This document shows positions 25,401-33,349 of a stretch of DNA of 35,205 nucleotides, piece after piece. The DNA comes from a virus (taxonomy: Duplodnaviria; Caudoviricetes): positions 1-35,205 of the IMG/VR virus record IMGVR_UViG_3300037309_000023. One strand, 5' to 3'. The position numbers and the translations under genes were made by a program. Under the pieces are notes generated by a model. That model did no database searches and was not told where the DNA came from. It worked only from the letters and a program-made list of their open reading frames with translations. The number at the start of each line of letters is the position of its first letter. Positions within the stretch are counted from its first letter, which is position 1.

Positions 25401-28321
25401 TGAAGGTGAGCGAGGACGCCTATAAGCTCGCCCGGATGGCGCGCGGGGCACACACGATCGGGCACATGGACATCATGCACGGGGTGCACGGCTATTATTC
25501 GGCCCTACCAGAAACCCCGTCGTTGCGGGATGCGATCATCAAGGCGAGCGGCAAGCCCAACGTGTTCGGCCGCTGGGATGACGCGGTGCTGACCGACTTT
25601 GGCGCCTATCTGTGGAGCCGGCGCGCGCTGGGGGAATGGGAACGCTTCAAGGCCGGCGATATCCCGAACCCGCCCGACAAGCTGACCGAAGGCGACCACG
25701 CGCAAGCGGTGAAGGATTTCGAGGCGCGCTATCCGACCTTCGCGGACGCGGCGCCCCAAGTGCATGATTGGGCGCATGGGCTCTGGCGGAAAAAGCTGGA
25801 AGCAGGGTTGATCACGAAAGAGACTTTCGATGAGGGGATGCGGATCAAGGACTATGTGCCGGGGTTGCGCTACTTCGATGAAGACGAGCTTGCCGGCGCG
25901 CCGGACGCCAAGGGCGGGCGGGATGGTCGATCGCGGATCGTGAACCGGTTTCGCGGCTCGATGCGCGATGTTATCAACCCGCTGGAAAGCCTGATGGCGG
26001 ACGCCTACGAGACCGCGATGGCGATCGCGCGCAACGACGCGATCAAGGCGTTGGCGAGCCTGGCGGACCGCGTGGGCAATGATGGCGGCAAGATCGCCGA
26101 ACGGATCCCGTCGCACAAGCTGACGGCGATGACGATCGATCCGCTTGAGGCGCTGGAAAGCGCCGGCAAGGCGGCGGGGCTTTCGGCGCCCGATCGCGCG
26201 CTGCTCGGCGCCGTGGCGGAAGCGGCGATCGGCGACGCCAAGGCGATGCTGTTTCGCCCGGCGATGATCACGCCGAACGGCGACCCGGTGGTGTTTTTCC
26301 GCGAGGGCGGGGAAATCAAGGCGCTGCAATTGGCGGACGGCGAATTCGGCCGCGACATGGTGGCGGCGTTCAACATGATGACGCGGGATGAGCGGAGTTG
26401 GTGGATCAACTGGCTGGCCAAGCCGGCCGCCGTGCTGCGGGCCGGCATCACCACGCATCCGACGTTCATTCTCGCGAACCTGATCCGCGACCAGACGATG
26501 GCGTGGGTGTTCTACGGGAAGCCGTTCGTCCAGGCGGCGAACCTGTTCGCGGGCGTCACGGACGAGCTGATGGGCCGCGAGGCGGCGCGCGGCTATAACG
26601 CCATGGGCGGCATCATGGGCGGGGAGAACGCATCCGCCGTGCGCGGCGTCGCCTATAACCGGGACATTCAGGCGGCGGGCAAGGCGGGCTTCTTCTGGAA
26701 ATCGACAACGTCGCTGCAAGGCGCGCTGGCGATGACCGAACTATCCGAGACCGCGACGCGATTGCAGCTCTACCGGCGCTTCACCGACGAGGCGCAAGCC
26801 CGCGGACTGTCGCGCCCTGAAGCGATGCTCGAAGGAGCGTGGCGCGCGCGCGACCATTTGGATTTCGATCGGCGCGGCTCGGGCATGGCGGCGCTGGCGC
26901 GGGTGATCCCGTTCTTGAACGCGACCTTGCAAGGCACGGACAAGACGGCGCGGCTGATGTTTGGCCCGTTCGTGAAGAAACTACGCGGCGACGTCTTGAC
27001 GGCGGACGAGGCGGCGCAACTGGGGGAAAGTGCCAAGGCCTGGGCGCGGCTTGGCCTGTTGACCGTCGGCGGCGTGGCGCTGCATGCGCTCTCCTCTCGG
27101 CACGACGACTATGAAGAATATGATCCGCAATTGCGGGCGGCGCATTGGGTGGTGCCGCTGAAGGATGGGTCGGATACGGCGCTGGCGATCCCCAAGCCGT
27201 TCGAGCTGGCGGTGGTGCTCAACGCCGGCGAAGCCGTGTGGGATGCGTGGGTGAAGCACGATCCGACGGCGGCGGAGCGCTATCGCGAGGGGCTGTTCAC
27301 GGTGATCGCGCCTCCCTCGGTGATCGAGGATAATCCGCTGATCAAATATTATTGGGAGGTGAAGACCAACCGCGACACCTTCCGCGACCGGGCCTTGGTG
27401 CCCGATCACCTGTTGGCGCTGGAACCGTTCCTGCAATACACGTCGCGGACATCGGAAATCGGCAAGGCCGTGGGTATGGCGCTCGACGTCTCGCCAATCC
27501 TGGTCGATCACCTGGTGACGTCGTTTGGCGGCACGTGGGGGCGGACGTTCCTTTCGTTGTCGGATCAGGCCTCGGGCGAAAAGCCGGATTACGGCTGGTG
27601 GGACGCGGTCGGCACGCGGCGCTTCATTAAGGACGCCTCGCGCAATTCGACGTCGCAACGCGCGCTTTGGGACCTGGTGAGCCGGACGGATGGGCAATAT
27701 TCGCGCGTCGCCGAGACCTATAAGGCGATGGCGCAGAACGGCGACCCGGACGGGGCGATCGCGTTCCTTGCGCGCCAAGACCGATCGGCGCGAGCCTATG
27801 CGACCGTCGCCATGATGGAAGCCAAGGTGAAGCGTATGCACCCCTTGAACCGGGCGCGCGACGCGGTGGGCGCGATCAACGCCGTGCGCAAGGATCTAAT
27901 CAACAAGGTTGCGCGATCGGCGGACGGCGCGATTGAATTCACCCGGGCGGACATGACGGCGGCGGACGATATCCTGTCCGATCTCGCGGTGGCCGAGGCG
28001 CGCAACGCGCTGATCACGGTCGGCGCGCCGGGGTTCGCCAAGGTGCGCGCGCCAATCCCGATCGACACCTATTGGCGCGAGCTGGAAGCCGTGGCGCCAT
28101 CGATCGCCAAGGCGCTCGCGGACGCCTACGCGACCAAGAAAGTTTACAAGGCGGACATCGTGCACAAGCACTGGCCGGACGTGGAACGGGCACTGCTGAA
28201 AGACGGGACGCGCGCCGACGTGGTCTTGGAAACCGCCGATGGCGCCTATGGCGGATATGAGTTCGACGGCGCGCGGATCAAGCCGCGCGAGCGGCCAAGC
28301 GTGCAATGGCCAGATGATTGA
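22412..28321 (+). CDS. Giant ejection/polyvalent protein (ParB-like, zincin-like HExxH and LPD38-like regions)
   Basis: MANQKPNFFDQFD start; VVDGHQR ParB-type motif; THELGH...QEGFAEF; IPKPFE...TNRDTF...QYT..TS..SP..VDHL in the C-terminal region. Confidence 0.8.
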   Translation: MANQKPNFFDQFDGEPAPVDVPAFSGEMTQGPRPTLLERFRANADAGFRYNTLLGASADTLDPEGRARFDRQYEAMPQWDGLLEGAAALAGQFVGSAGTPESFIPIGVGSRVAAGAGLRASSLSARILAGAVDASIVNAVTDAGIQRIEIGAGFRETFDPMQWAMGVGLGAAIGGALPAAGAGARVVGDKVADAIDRRLAAKEEPAPAPVAGEPGAAAPTAGAIDEAAPAASEPAAPGPDSAAATDAVPDPGLTIVNELPPADGAPMDVTVTPEPAAPEPAPTAGEEIAARVDAILTAGEVPDPLMGVDVPSATADEIRALPQPGNPDLPVGPVMVDPTALKVDAEQFQFKSQGDAEGVTDALKGITKWRPERANQIIVWQNKAGELYVVDGHQRSGLARRLVADGYERAIRVPAVVFREADGWTADMAMMQAAYKNIAEGSASTVDAAKILRAGGDDQDLPMSRDGIRQARDLAKLSDEAWRYVVNEQVDPQYARFVGQVLADDPTRQVAAMNLFVKSPPDNVNQAAIAVRRVRDAEVTRREAGAQTDMFGGAIDSAVMEESRIVAEAIKVLRRDKALFARLTKDADRIEEGGSKVDRDRAGAIVDEADKAAAYVEKLAFRAGPIRDMVKALSKEVANGETRLNEAAERLADGIRRGEGALPDGGAPRRGDGGKSELAGAKAERKPEPAKPEPATERTAIGDQGLIPGVKAVTDADRIALEAARPMRGGNRDLPADGLFGDAKDQTSLFRMKPMTSAAAGATPGRAAGGTAGPTPAMTRLSEVSDRLVEGLNVTVRDGRVKAGALGTYGTTTGVVRVRAVGDFATLTHELGHAIEYKYPATVRPLMMRHQGELMPLAYDPNAKTSIRLQEGFAEFMRLLVTNPAHAAKQAPGFDAAFRQAMPAPEMALLDDTARAYADWLAQPSDIAVASTIRSNKRPGWLARTADDLRRHGLAGTIADRVSQAYQLLFDDLSPISRAVRALARVHVDKTGQMIDLKVSEDAYKLARMARGAHTIGHMDIMHGVHGYYSALPETPSLRDAIIKASGKPNVFGRWDDAVLTDFGAYLWSRRALGEWERFKAGDIPNPPDKLTEGDHAQAVKDFEARYPTFADAAPQVHDWAHGLWRKKLEAGLITKETFDEGMRIKDYVPGLRYFDEDELAGAPDAKGGRDGRSRIVNRFRGSMRDVINPLESLMADAYETAMAIARNDAIKALASLADRVGNDGGKIAERIPSHKLTAMTIDPLEALESAGKAAGLSAPDRALLGAVAEAAIGDAKAMLFRPAMITPNGDPVVFFREGGEIKALQLADGEFGRDMVAAFNMMTRDERSWWINWLAKPAAVLRAGITTHPTFILANLIRDQTMAWVFYGKPFVQAANLFAGVTDELMGREAARGYNAMGGIMGGENASAVRGVAYNRDIQAAGKAGFFWKSTTSLQGALAMTELSETATRLQLYRRFTDEAQARGLSRPEAMLEGAWRARDHLDFDRRGSGMAALARVIPFLNATLQGTDKTARLMFGPFVKKLRGDVLTADEAAQLGESAKAWARLGLLTVGGVALHALSSRHDDYEEYDPQLRAAHWVVPLKDGSDTALAIPKPFELAVVLNAGEAVWDAWVKHDPTAAERYREGLFTVIAPPSVIEDNPLIKYYWEVKTNRDTFRDRALVPDHLLALEPFLQYTSRTSEIGKAVGMALDVSPILVDHLVTSFGGTWGRTFLSLSDQASGEKPDYGWWDAVGTRRFIKDASRNSTSQRALWDLVSRTDGQYSRVAETYKAMAQNGDPDGAIAFLARQDRSARAYATVAMMEAKVKRMHPLNRARDAVGAINAVRKDLINKVARSADGAIEFTRADMTAADDILSDLAVAEARNALITVGAPGFAKVRAPIPIDTYWRELEAVAPSIAKALADAYATKKVYKADIVHKHWPDVERALLKDGTRADVVLETADGAYGGYEFDGARIKPRERPSVQWPDD

Positions 28322-28370
28322 CCGGCCGCGCGGCGCGACATGGTGGCGGCAACGAAGGAGAGTGGCCACC

Positions 28371-29144
28371 ATGTCGCGCACGTCGCCCGCCGTTCTGTCC
28401 GTCTCCCCGGCCGGGGTGGCGCTGATCACGCAATTTGAGGGCTTCGTGCCCTACCCATATTGGGACCTGCGGCCCAAGCGCGGGGGTGGCTATGAGGAGT
28501 GGACGGGGGGGGTCGACCGTGACCCCAATGGTAAGGGCACGGTGACGATTGGCTACGGCCACACCAACCTTTCTGGCGTTGAGCCGCGCATAAAGCCTGG
28601 AATGCGCATGACGGAGCCCGAGGCGCGGCGGGTGTTGCTCAATGTGCTAAATGCGGTCTATGCGCCGGCTGTCCGGCGCCAAGTGGCGGTCCCGTTGGAG
28701 CAGCATGAATTCGACGCCTTGGTGTCGTTTACCTATAATTGCGGCGAAGGTGCATTGAAGCGCTCTACGCTTTTAAAGGTCCTGAACCGGCGCGACTACG
28801 CGAGTGTTCCAAAAGAGCTGATGAAGTGGACGCGATCGGGTGGGCGCGAGCTGCGCGGTCTTGTTCGCAGGCGGCGCGCCGAAGCGGAAATGTGGCGCGG
28901 GCTGGCCGGCGCATCGCATGATGGCGTGGTGGCGCCGGAACCGATGCCGCGCGGGCCGGACGTGGACGGCGCGCCCGCCCCCTCCCCGGTCAAGGATGGC
29001 GAGGGGCTAACCTCGATCATCGGCGTGGTCTCGACACTTGCCGGTGCGCTGACGGATTGGCGGATCGCGGCCGTGATCGCCCCCGTGGCGCTCGCGGTGA
29101 TCGCCTATTTCGTGTGGCGGCGGACGCGGGAGCAAGGCGCATGA
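28371..29144 (+). CDS. Endolysin, GH24 lysozyme with C-terminal hydrophobic tail
   Basis: QFEG, TIGYGHT, FDALVSFTYNCG and GLVRRRRAE motifs; AAGGAG RBS before ATG 28371. Confidence 0.9.
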   Translation: MSRTSPAVLSVSPAGVALITQFEGFVPYPYWDLRPKRGGGYEEWTGGVDRDPNGKGTVTIGYGHTNLSGVEPRIKPGMRMTEPEARRVLLNVLNAVYAPAVRRQVAVPLEQHEFDALVSFTYNCGEGALKRSTLLKVLNRRDYASVPKELMKWTRSGGRELRGLVRRRRAEAEMWRGLAGASHDGVVAPEPMPRGPDVDGAPAPSPVKDGEGLTSIIGVVSTLAGALTDWRIAAVIAPVALAVIAYFVWRRTREQGA

Positions 29145-29389
29145 TCGGCGGGGTGCGCTCACGGGTCGTCATGCTGATTGCGGCGGCGCTCGTGGCCGTT
29201 GGCGGGCTCGGCGGGGCCTACCTGATAGGGAGGGTGGACGGCCGCGCCGTGGCCGTCACGGAGCATCTAAAGGCGCGCATTGAAGCGGAGCGCGCGCGAC
29301 AGGGGGTGGATGATGAAGTGCGGCGTCTGGGCGATGTTGATTTGTGCCGTCGGCTTGGCGGGATGCAATCAGACTGCGAGCGTTTGTGA
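29141..29389 (+). CDS. Rz-like inner-membrane spanin
   Basis: N-terminal TM helix, helical charged body, C-terminal cysteines; overlaps a lipoprotein gene. Confidence 0.7.
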   Translation: MIGGVRSRVVMLIAAALVAVGGLGGAYLIGRVDGRAVAVTEHLKARIEAERARQGVDDEVRRLGDVDLCRRLGGMQSDCERL

Positions 29390-29513
29390 TGGCTGGCGCC
29401 CCCTCCGCCCCAAGCCAGCGACGGCCGCAGTTCTTGTCCAGTCGGATCGCCCCCTTGCCGAAGGGATCGCCGCCCACAACGAACACGGCCGGCGCGCCGA
29501 TTGCTGGGACTGA
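29310..29513 (+). CDS. Rz1-like outer-membrane spanin lipoprotein
   Basis: Signal peptide with lipobox LAG-C, starting inside the Rz-like gene in another frame; further Cys residues. Confidence 0.75.
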   Translation: MMKCGVWAMLICAVGLAGCNQTASVCDGWRPLRPKPATAAVLVQSDRPLAEGIAAHNEHGRRADCWD

Positions 29514-29517
29514 TGCC

Positions 29518-29838
29518 ATGAGCGACGACACGCGCGACCGGGTGATCCGCATGGAAGAAAAACTCAAGGCCATGACGGAGCGCGTGACCAGTATCGATGA
29601 AAAGGTCGACCGGGGATTTGCCGAAGTGGAAGCGACGTTGAAGGATTTCGGCGCCAAGATCGATGCGCTGCGCGGCGTGGTCAATCAAGAGGTGGTGGAG
29701 CGCAAGACGCGCGACCGCATCGCCGTGCTGGGGATATCGCTCGCGCGATGGGCGGCCGGCGCGGTCATCGTGGCGGCGACAACGGTGATCACCAATGCCG
29801 ACCGGATCGGAAAATGGATCGTTTGGCTCGTGTCGTGA
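29518..29838 (+). CDS. Coiled-coil/TM protein, putative holin (XhlA-like)
   Basis: RDRVIRMEEKL coiled coil then a hydrophobic C-terminus; last gene of the lysis cassette. Confidence 0.55.
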   Translation: MSDDTRDRVIRMEEKLKAMTERVTSIDEKVDRGFAEVEATLKDFGAKIDALRGVVNQEVVERKTRDRIAVLGISLARWAAGAVIVAATTVITNADRIGKWIVWLVS

Positions 29839-29839
29839 T

Positions 29840-30070
29840 CGTGCGACTTTTGCGCAAAAAATGCACGAAACATCAAGCTTGAGAAAGCTAAGTCTTTGAT
29901 AATGTTTACGTTATAACTTACTCTTAATCAGCGGGTCATAGGTTCGAATCCTATTGCGCCCACCATCCGTTTTCTCAATTAAATCAATTACATAACTGAG
30001 TTATACAGCGCGGGCCGAAGCGCGAACGAGACGGGAACAAAAGTCGCACGAAAGTCGCACGTGCGACTTT
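29840..30070. other. attP region with arm-type repeats and IHF sites
   Basis: CGTGCGACTTT at 29840 and 30060; AAAGTCGCACG at 30040 and 30051; exact IHF consensus at 29889-29901 and a 1-mismatch site at 29982-29994; AT-rich. Confidence 0.8.
29920..29965 (+). other. att core: 3' half of a tRNA-Lys(CTT) gene
   Basis: Anticodon loop CTCTTAA, TCAGC, T-arm ATAGG-TTCGAAT-CCTAT, acceptor strand TGCGCCC-A-CCA; no D-arm or 5' acceptor strand upstream. Confidence 0.9.
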
Positions 30071-30071
30071 T

Positions 30072-30331
30072 TCAGTTTCCGGTCTGTTCTGGCAAGTGGG
30101 TGATGCGCTCATAACGCTTGGCGGATTTGTTGTATGTGACATCGCCGGGGTGTGCCGCGAGATAGTCTCGGATGTCGATGCCGTGTATAGCTTTGGGTCT
30201 TGGCCACGCAGGATGTTCTCGACGATCGTCGCTGCTTCTTCGTGGGCAGCTTGTTCGATCTCTTTGTCGCGATTGGTGATCGCGCGCGGTCGACGCGATT
30301 TGCCGGCCGGCCAATGATACCAATCCCACAT
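30072..30331 (-). CDS. Hypothetical protein apparently split by a -1 frameshift (programmed or pseudogene)
   Basis: ATG 30331 gives MWDWYHW...ILRGQDPK; the protein-like continuation AIHGIDIRDYL...EQTGN* is in the -1 frame; junction is C CCA AAG at 30197-30191. Confidence 0.5.
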
Positions 30332-30332
30332 G

Positions 30333-30521
30333 TTATTCGCCCCCGCGTGTATAGGTCGGCGTCCAAATTTGAATGCACGTCGCTGAACTATGTTTCGCGA
30401 TGCATTCGTCTCTCTCTCGGTTGTCGACAATCGCCACTTGGACAGAGAGGTTCCAAGCGCCGACAACGAAGCCGATAATCAAGCCGATTATAACGGCAAC
30501 AAGCCAACCCCCCATGATCAA
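30333..30521 (-). CDS. Small membrane protein
   Basis: N-terminal TM helix GWLVAVIIGLIIGFVVGAW; coupled to the upstream gene. Confidence 0.65.
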   Translation of the reverse strand: MIMGGWLVAVIIGLIIGFVVGAWNLSVQVAIVDNRERDECIAKHSSATCIQIWTPTYTRGGE

Positions 30522-30682
30522 TCCTGCCCCTTCCGAACGACGGGCCGCTCAAGCCCGATCAGCGCGCATTCCCCGATCACCTCGCCAAGGGTGCGGCCTT
30601 CAGCCTTGGAACACTCAACGAAGCGGTCATAATCGGACGGGCGGGTGTCGAGTTCTTCAAGCCAACGGTTTCGGTCAAGCAT
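30518..30682 (-). CDS. Hypothetical protein
   Basis: MLDRNRWLEEL...; GGAGAG RBS; overlaps both neighbours. Confidence 0.6.
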   Translation of the reverse strand: MLDRNRWLEELDTRPSDYDRFVECSKAEGRTLGEVIGECALIGLERPVVRKGQD

Positions 30683-31004
30683 CGTGCTCTCCCGTGCGCG
30701 GGGTCGCATCAAGCAAGTGCTTCGTCGCGTCGCGAGCGATCACCAGCGGCTCATTGCGCCCGGTCGCCATTGCGTCGTGCCACATCTGCAATGCGCGTCG
30801 CATCTCTTGGAACTGGTGGCTGACGTGGTGGCACAGGGCATGCGCGGCGAGCTTGATGCTCTCCGGGTTCTCTTCCAGCTTCGGAAACTCGAGCCTGCCG
30901 TCTTGGTGCAGGATCAAAGCGGGGCCGACACTCTGGAAAGCAATCGTATACTTTTGGGCCCACTCGACAGACCCGAGCGGCGCGGTCAAAGCACTCTTTT
31001 CCAT
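30675..31004 (-). CDS. Hypothetical protein
   Basis: 109 aa, purine-rich RBS, part of the leftward operon. Confidence 0.65.
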   Translation of the reverse strand: MEKSALTAPLGSVEWAQKYTIAFQSVGPALILHQDGRLEFPKLEENPESIKLAAHALCHHVSHQFQEMRRALQMWHDAMATGRNEPLVIARDATKHLLDATPRTGEHDA

Positions 31005-31027
31005 CTCTCATCTCTCCTTCTTTCGGC

Positions 31028-31402
31028 TCACCCGCCAACCCGCCGAACATAGAGAACGATGCTCATTCTCGTTTCGGCGCGGCCCTGTGGCATATGGCGC
31101 CAATCATGAACGACGCGGACGATTTCGAAATCTTGCCGCGAGTGCCCGCCGCCGGTCGCGGCGTCCGGAGTGCCGTCAATCCAATAATGGATCGTTTCTC
31201 CCGAGTGCGGAATGACGCACTCGCGGGGCGGTATGATATCTCCGATCTCGTCGCCAGTGTCGGCGTCAATGATGGCGATGCCGGAGAGGATTGAACTCTC
31301 GACCTCTCCCCTACCAAGGGGGGGCGGTCGGTAGGCCCAAGGTCCGGGCGTCACACCTTCCAGCCCCGCCCTAATGGCGGCGATCTTGTCGTCAGGCGAC
31401 AT
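31028..31402 (-). CDS. Phage protein with Ead/Ea22-like TPGPW motif
   Basis: IAAIRAGLEGVTPGPW N-terminus; TAATG coupling and GGAGG RBS. Confidence 0.6.
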   Translation of the reverse strand: MSPDDKIAAIRAGLEGVTPGPWAYRPPPLGRGEVESSILSGIAIIDADTGDEIGDIIPPRECVIPHSGETIHYWIDGTPDAATGGGHSRQDFEIVRVVHDWRHMPQGRAETRMSIVLYVRRVGG

Positions 31403-31638
31403 TACTGGGCCTCCATTGCGGCACCAAGATTGGTGATAGCGTCTTCGATGCCTTCAAGGGCGCCTTCGATTGCTTCGATCGCAATGACCATGTTTGCGCC
31501 TTTTATGGAGTGTTGAAAGCTTTCCGGTAGATTGTCGTAAGCCTCTTGTTCCCCGTCTCTGACGTCGTCGATGTTTTCTTTCAGCGCTTCAAGCTTCTCG
31601 ATGATCTCGGCAATCGCTTTCCTTCGTTTATCGTTCAT
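31402..31638 (-). CDS. Small helical phage protein
   Basis: MNDKRRKAI...EQEAYDNLPESFQ resembles a common phage family; starts just after the integrase stop. Confidence 0.75.
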   Translation of the reverse strand: MNDKRRKAIAEIIEKLEALKENIDDVRDGEQEAYDNLPESFQHSIKGANMVIAIEAIEGALEGIEDAITNLGAAMEAQ

Positions 31639-31642
31639 CGTC

Positions 31643-32890
31643 TTACGCTCCCTGTGCCCACTTGGTGAGTTTGGTGATCGCCTGATCGGCGATCTGTTCA
31701 TCCAGCAGCGCGTAGTGGCGCAGGATTTGGGTGGCGCTTTGGAGGCTGTGGCCGGTGATCGAGGCGATTTCCAAGACGGTGCAGCCGGCGCGGGCGAGCC
31801 ATGTGACGGCGGTGTCGCGGAAATCCTGGTCGCGCAGGTCGGCGATCGAGGGCGCGGCCTTGGCGGCCTCGGCGCGGATGGTGGCGAAGGCCTTGCGATA
31901 GGCGTGCTCGTCCCATGGCGCGCGGGCGCGCTCGTCGATGATGGCTTCCGGGCGATCGATGCTGGCCGCGCGGCGGCGGGCGCGCGCGGCGGCGAGGCGA
32001 TCGACCACGGCGCTCGCGAGGCGGATGGACACGGTGGCGCCGGTCTTGGCCTGGGTGATCTCGGCGCGCTCGGCGCCGTCGCGGGTGGTGATGATGAGCG
32101 CGAAGCGGTCGGCCTGGCGCTGCCCGGTCCAGACGGCGAGCAAGGCCATATCGGCAAGCTCGGGCCGGCCTAGGCGATCGGCGGCGGCGACGAAGGCGGC
32201 GATCTCCTGTGGGCTCGCCACGCGCACGCGCGGCGCGCTGGCGGGGATGCCAAGCCGCTCGAACGGATTGGGCCTGTCCTTCAGGGGGCCGGCGCGAAGC
32301 CGCGCGGCGGCGAACGCCATGGAACACAAGGCGATGACGCCGCGCGCGGACGCGTGGCCGATGGCGCCATTCAAGCGATCGTAAAGGGCGCGCGCCTCGG
32401 CGGGGCCGAAGGCGATGGCGAGCGCGGCCCATTGATCGGGCGCGACGTCTTGCAGGCGGGCGGCAAGGCCTGAGTACCATTTGAGCGTCTTGGGCGCGAG
32501 CGCGCGGGCGCTGGCGGCGCGGGCACCATTGGCGGCGCGGGCGGGCGCCTCGATCGCGGCGCGGCGAAGGGCGAGCTCGTCGGCGATGACGTGGCCAAGC
32601 GAGCACGGCGGCGCGGGCGGCGCCGGCGCGGCTCCGACCGCGAGCGGGGCGGGCGCCGGCGCGGCGCGGCCCGCGGCCTTGGCGCGGATGATGTCCGCTT
32701 CCTTGGCCAGGGTGACGGCGAAGCGGGTGGCTTCTTCCAGCGAGAACCACGCGCCGTCGGGGTGGCGAAGGTCGCGGCCCGCAAAGCCGAGGGCGCGCAG
32801 GCCCGGCCCGGGCTGGAAGCGGGGGCGGCCGTCGCGCCAAACGCAATGGCGGATTTTGACGGCGGCAATGGAACGGCGGCGGCGGCGCAT
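31643..32890 (-). CDS. int: Tyrosine integrase
   Basis: TGQRQAD (Arg-I), QAKT (Lys), QDFR (HxxR position), ITGH and RHY (Tyr nucleophile); start uncertain (32890 or 32950). Confidence 0.9.
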   Translation of the reverse strand: MRRRRRSIAAVKIRHCVWRDGRPRFQPGPGLRALGFAGRDLRHPDGAWFSLEEATRFAVTLAKEADIIRAKAAGRAAPAPAPLAVGAAPAPPAPPCSLGHVIADELALRRAAIEAPARAANGARAASARALAPKTLKWYSGLAARLQDVAPDQWAALAIAFGPAEARALYDRLNGAIGHASARGVIALCSMAFAAARLRAGPLKDRPNPFERLGIPASAPRVRVASPQEIAAFVAAADRLGRPELADMALLAVWTGQRQADRFALIITTRDGAERAEITQAKTGATVSIRLASAVVDRLAAARARRRAASIDRPEAIIDERARAPWDEHAYRKAFATIRAEAAKAAPSIADLRDQDFRDTAVTWLARAGCTVLEIASITGHSLQSATQILRHYALLDEQIADQAITKLTKWAQGA

Positions 32891-32974
32891 GGCGGGCTTC
32901 CCGGTGGCGGACGGGGCGGCAAGGGTGCGCCGCGCCCTGGCGGATGGCAAAGGCGCGGCGGGTGGCGGATGGCT

Positions 32975-33187
32975 TCAGCCGGCCTTGCGGCTTTCGGCGT
33001 TAGCCTGTTCGGCGATCAGCACGGCGGCGGCGTCGCCGGCCAAGTGGGCGTGAAGCGCCTCGACGCGCTCGGACAAGGCGGCGAGCTGGCGGACTTCGTC
33101 CATCAGCATGTCGGCGATCATGGCGCGGGAGGCGATGAGGGCCTTGGTCCGCGCCTTGATGTCGGCGATCTCGTTGAGCGGGTTCAT
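32975..33187 (-). CDS. Hypothetical coiled-coil protein
   Basis: 70 aa, GGGAG RBS, leftward operon. Confidence 0.65.
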   Translation of the reverse strand: MNPLNEIADIKARTKALIASRAMIADMLMDEVRQLAALSERVEALHAHLAGDAAAVLIAEQANAESRKAG

Positions 33188-33190
33188 GGC

Positions 33191-33349
33191 TTAGGCTCCC
33201 CGGTGAAGGCGGGCCATCAGAAGGATGGTGATGGAAACGCCGATGGTGAGAAAGAGGATATCGGCGACGGCCTCGAAGCCGGCGACGGAGGCGGAAAGCG
33301 CGGCGATGGACGCGGCGGCGGTGGCGGCGGCAAGGCGCGGCACGGTCAT
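33191..33349 (-). CDS. Small membrane protein
   Basis: MTVPRLAAATAAASIAAL...ILFLTIGVSITILLMARL; ATGA overlap. Confidence 0.6.
   Translation of the reverse strand: MTVPRLAAATAAASIAALSASVAGFEAVADILFLTIGVSITILLMARLHRGA

Noticed and set aside
3526-27762. Recurrent GCGATCGC (HIP1-like octamer)
   Set aside because: Largely explained by Ala-Ile-Ala codons (GCG ATC GCN) in GC-rich genes
29920-29965. Complete tRNA gene
   Set aside because: Only the anticodon loop to CCA is present; upstream sequence cannot form a D-arm or 5' acceptor strand, so it is an att core
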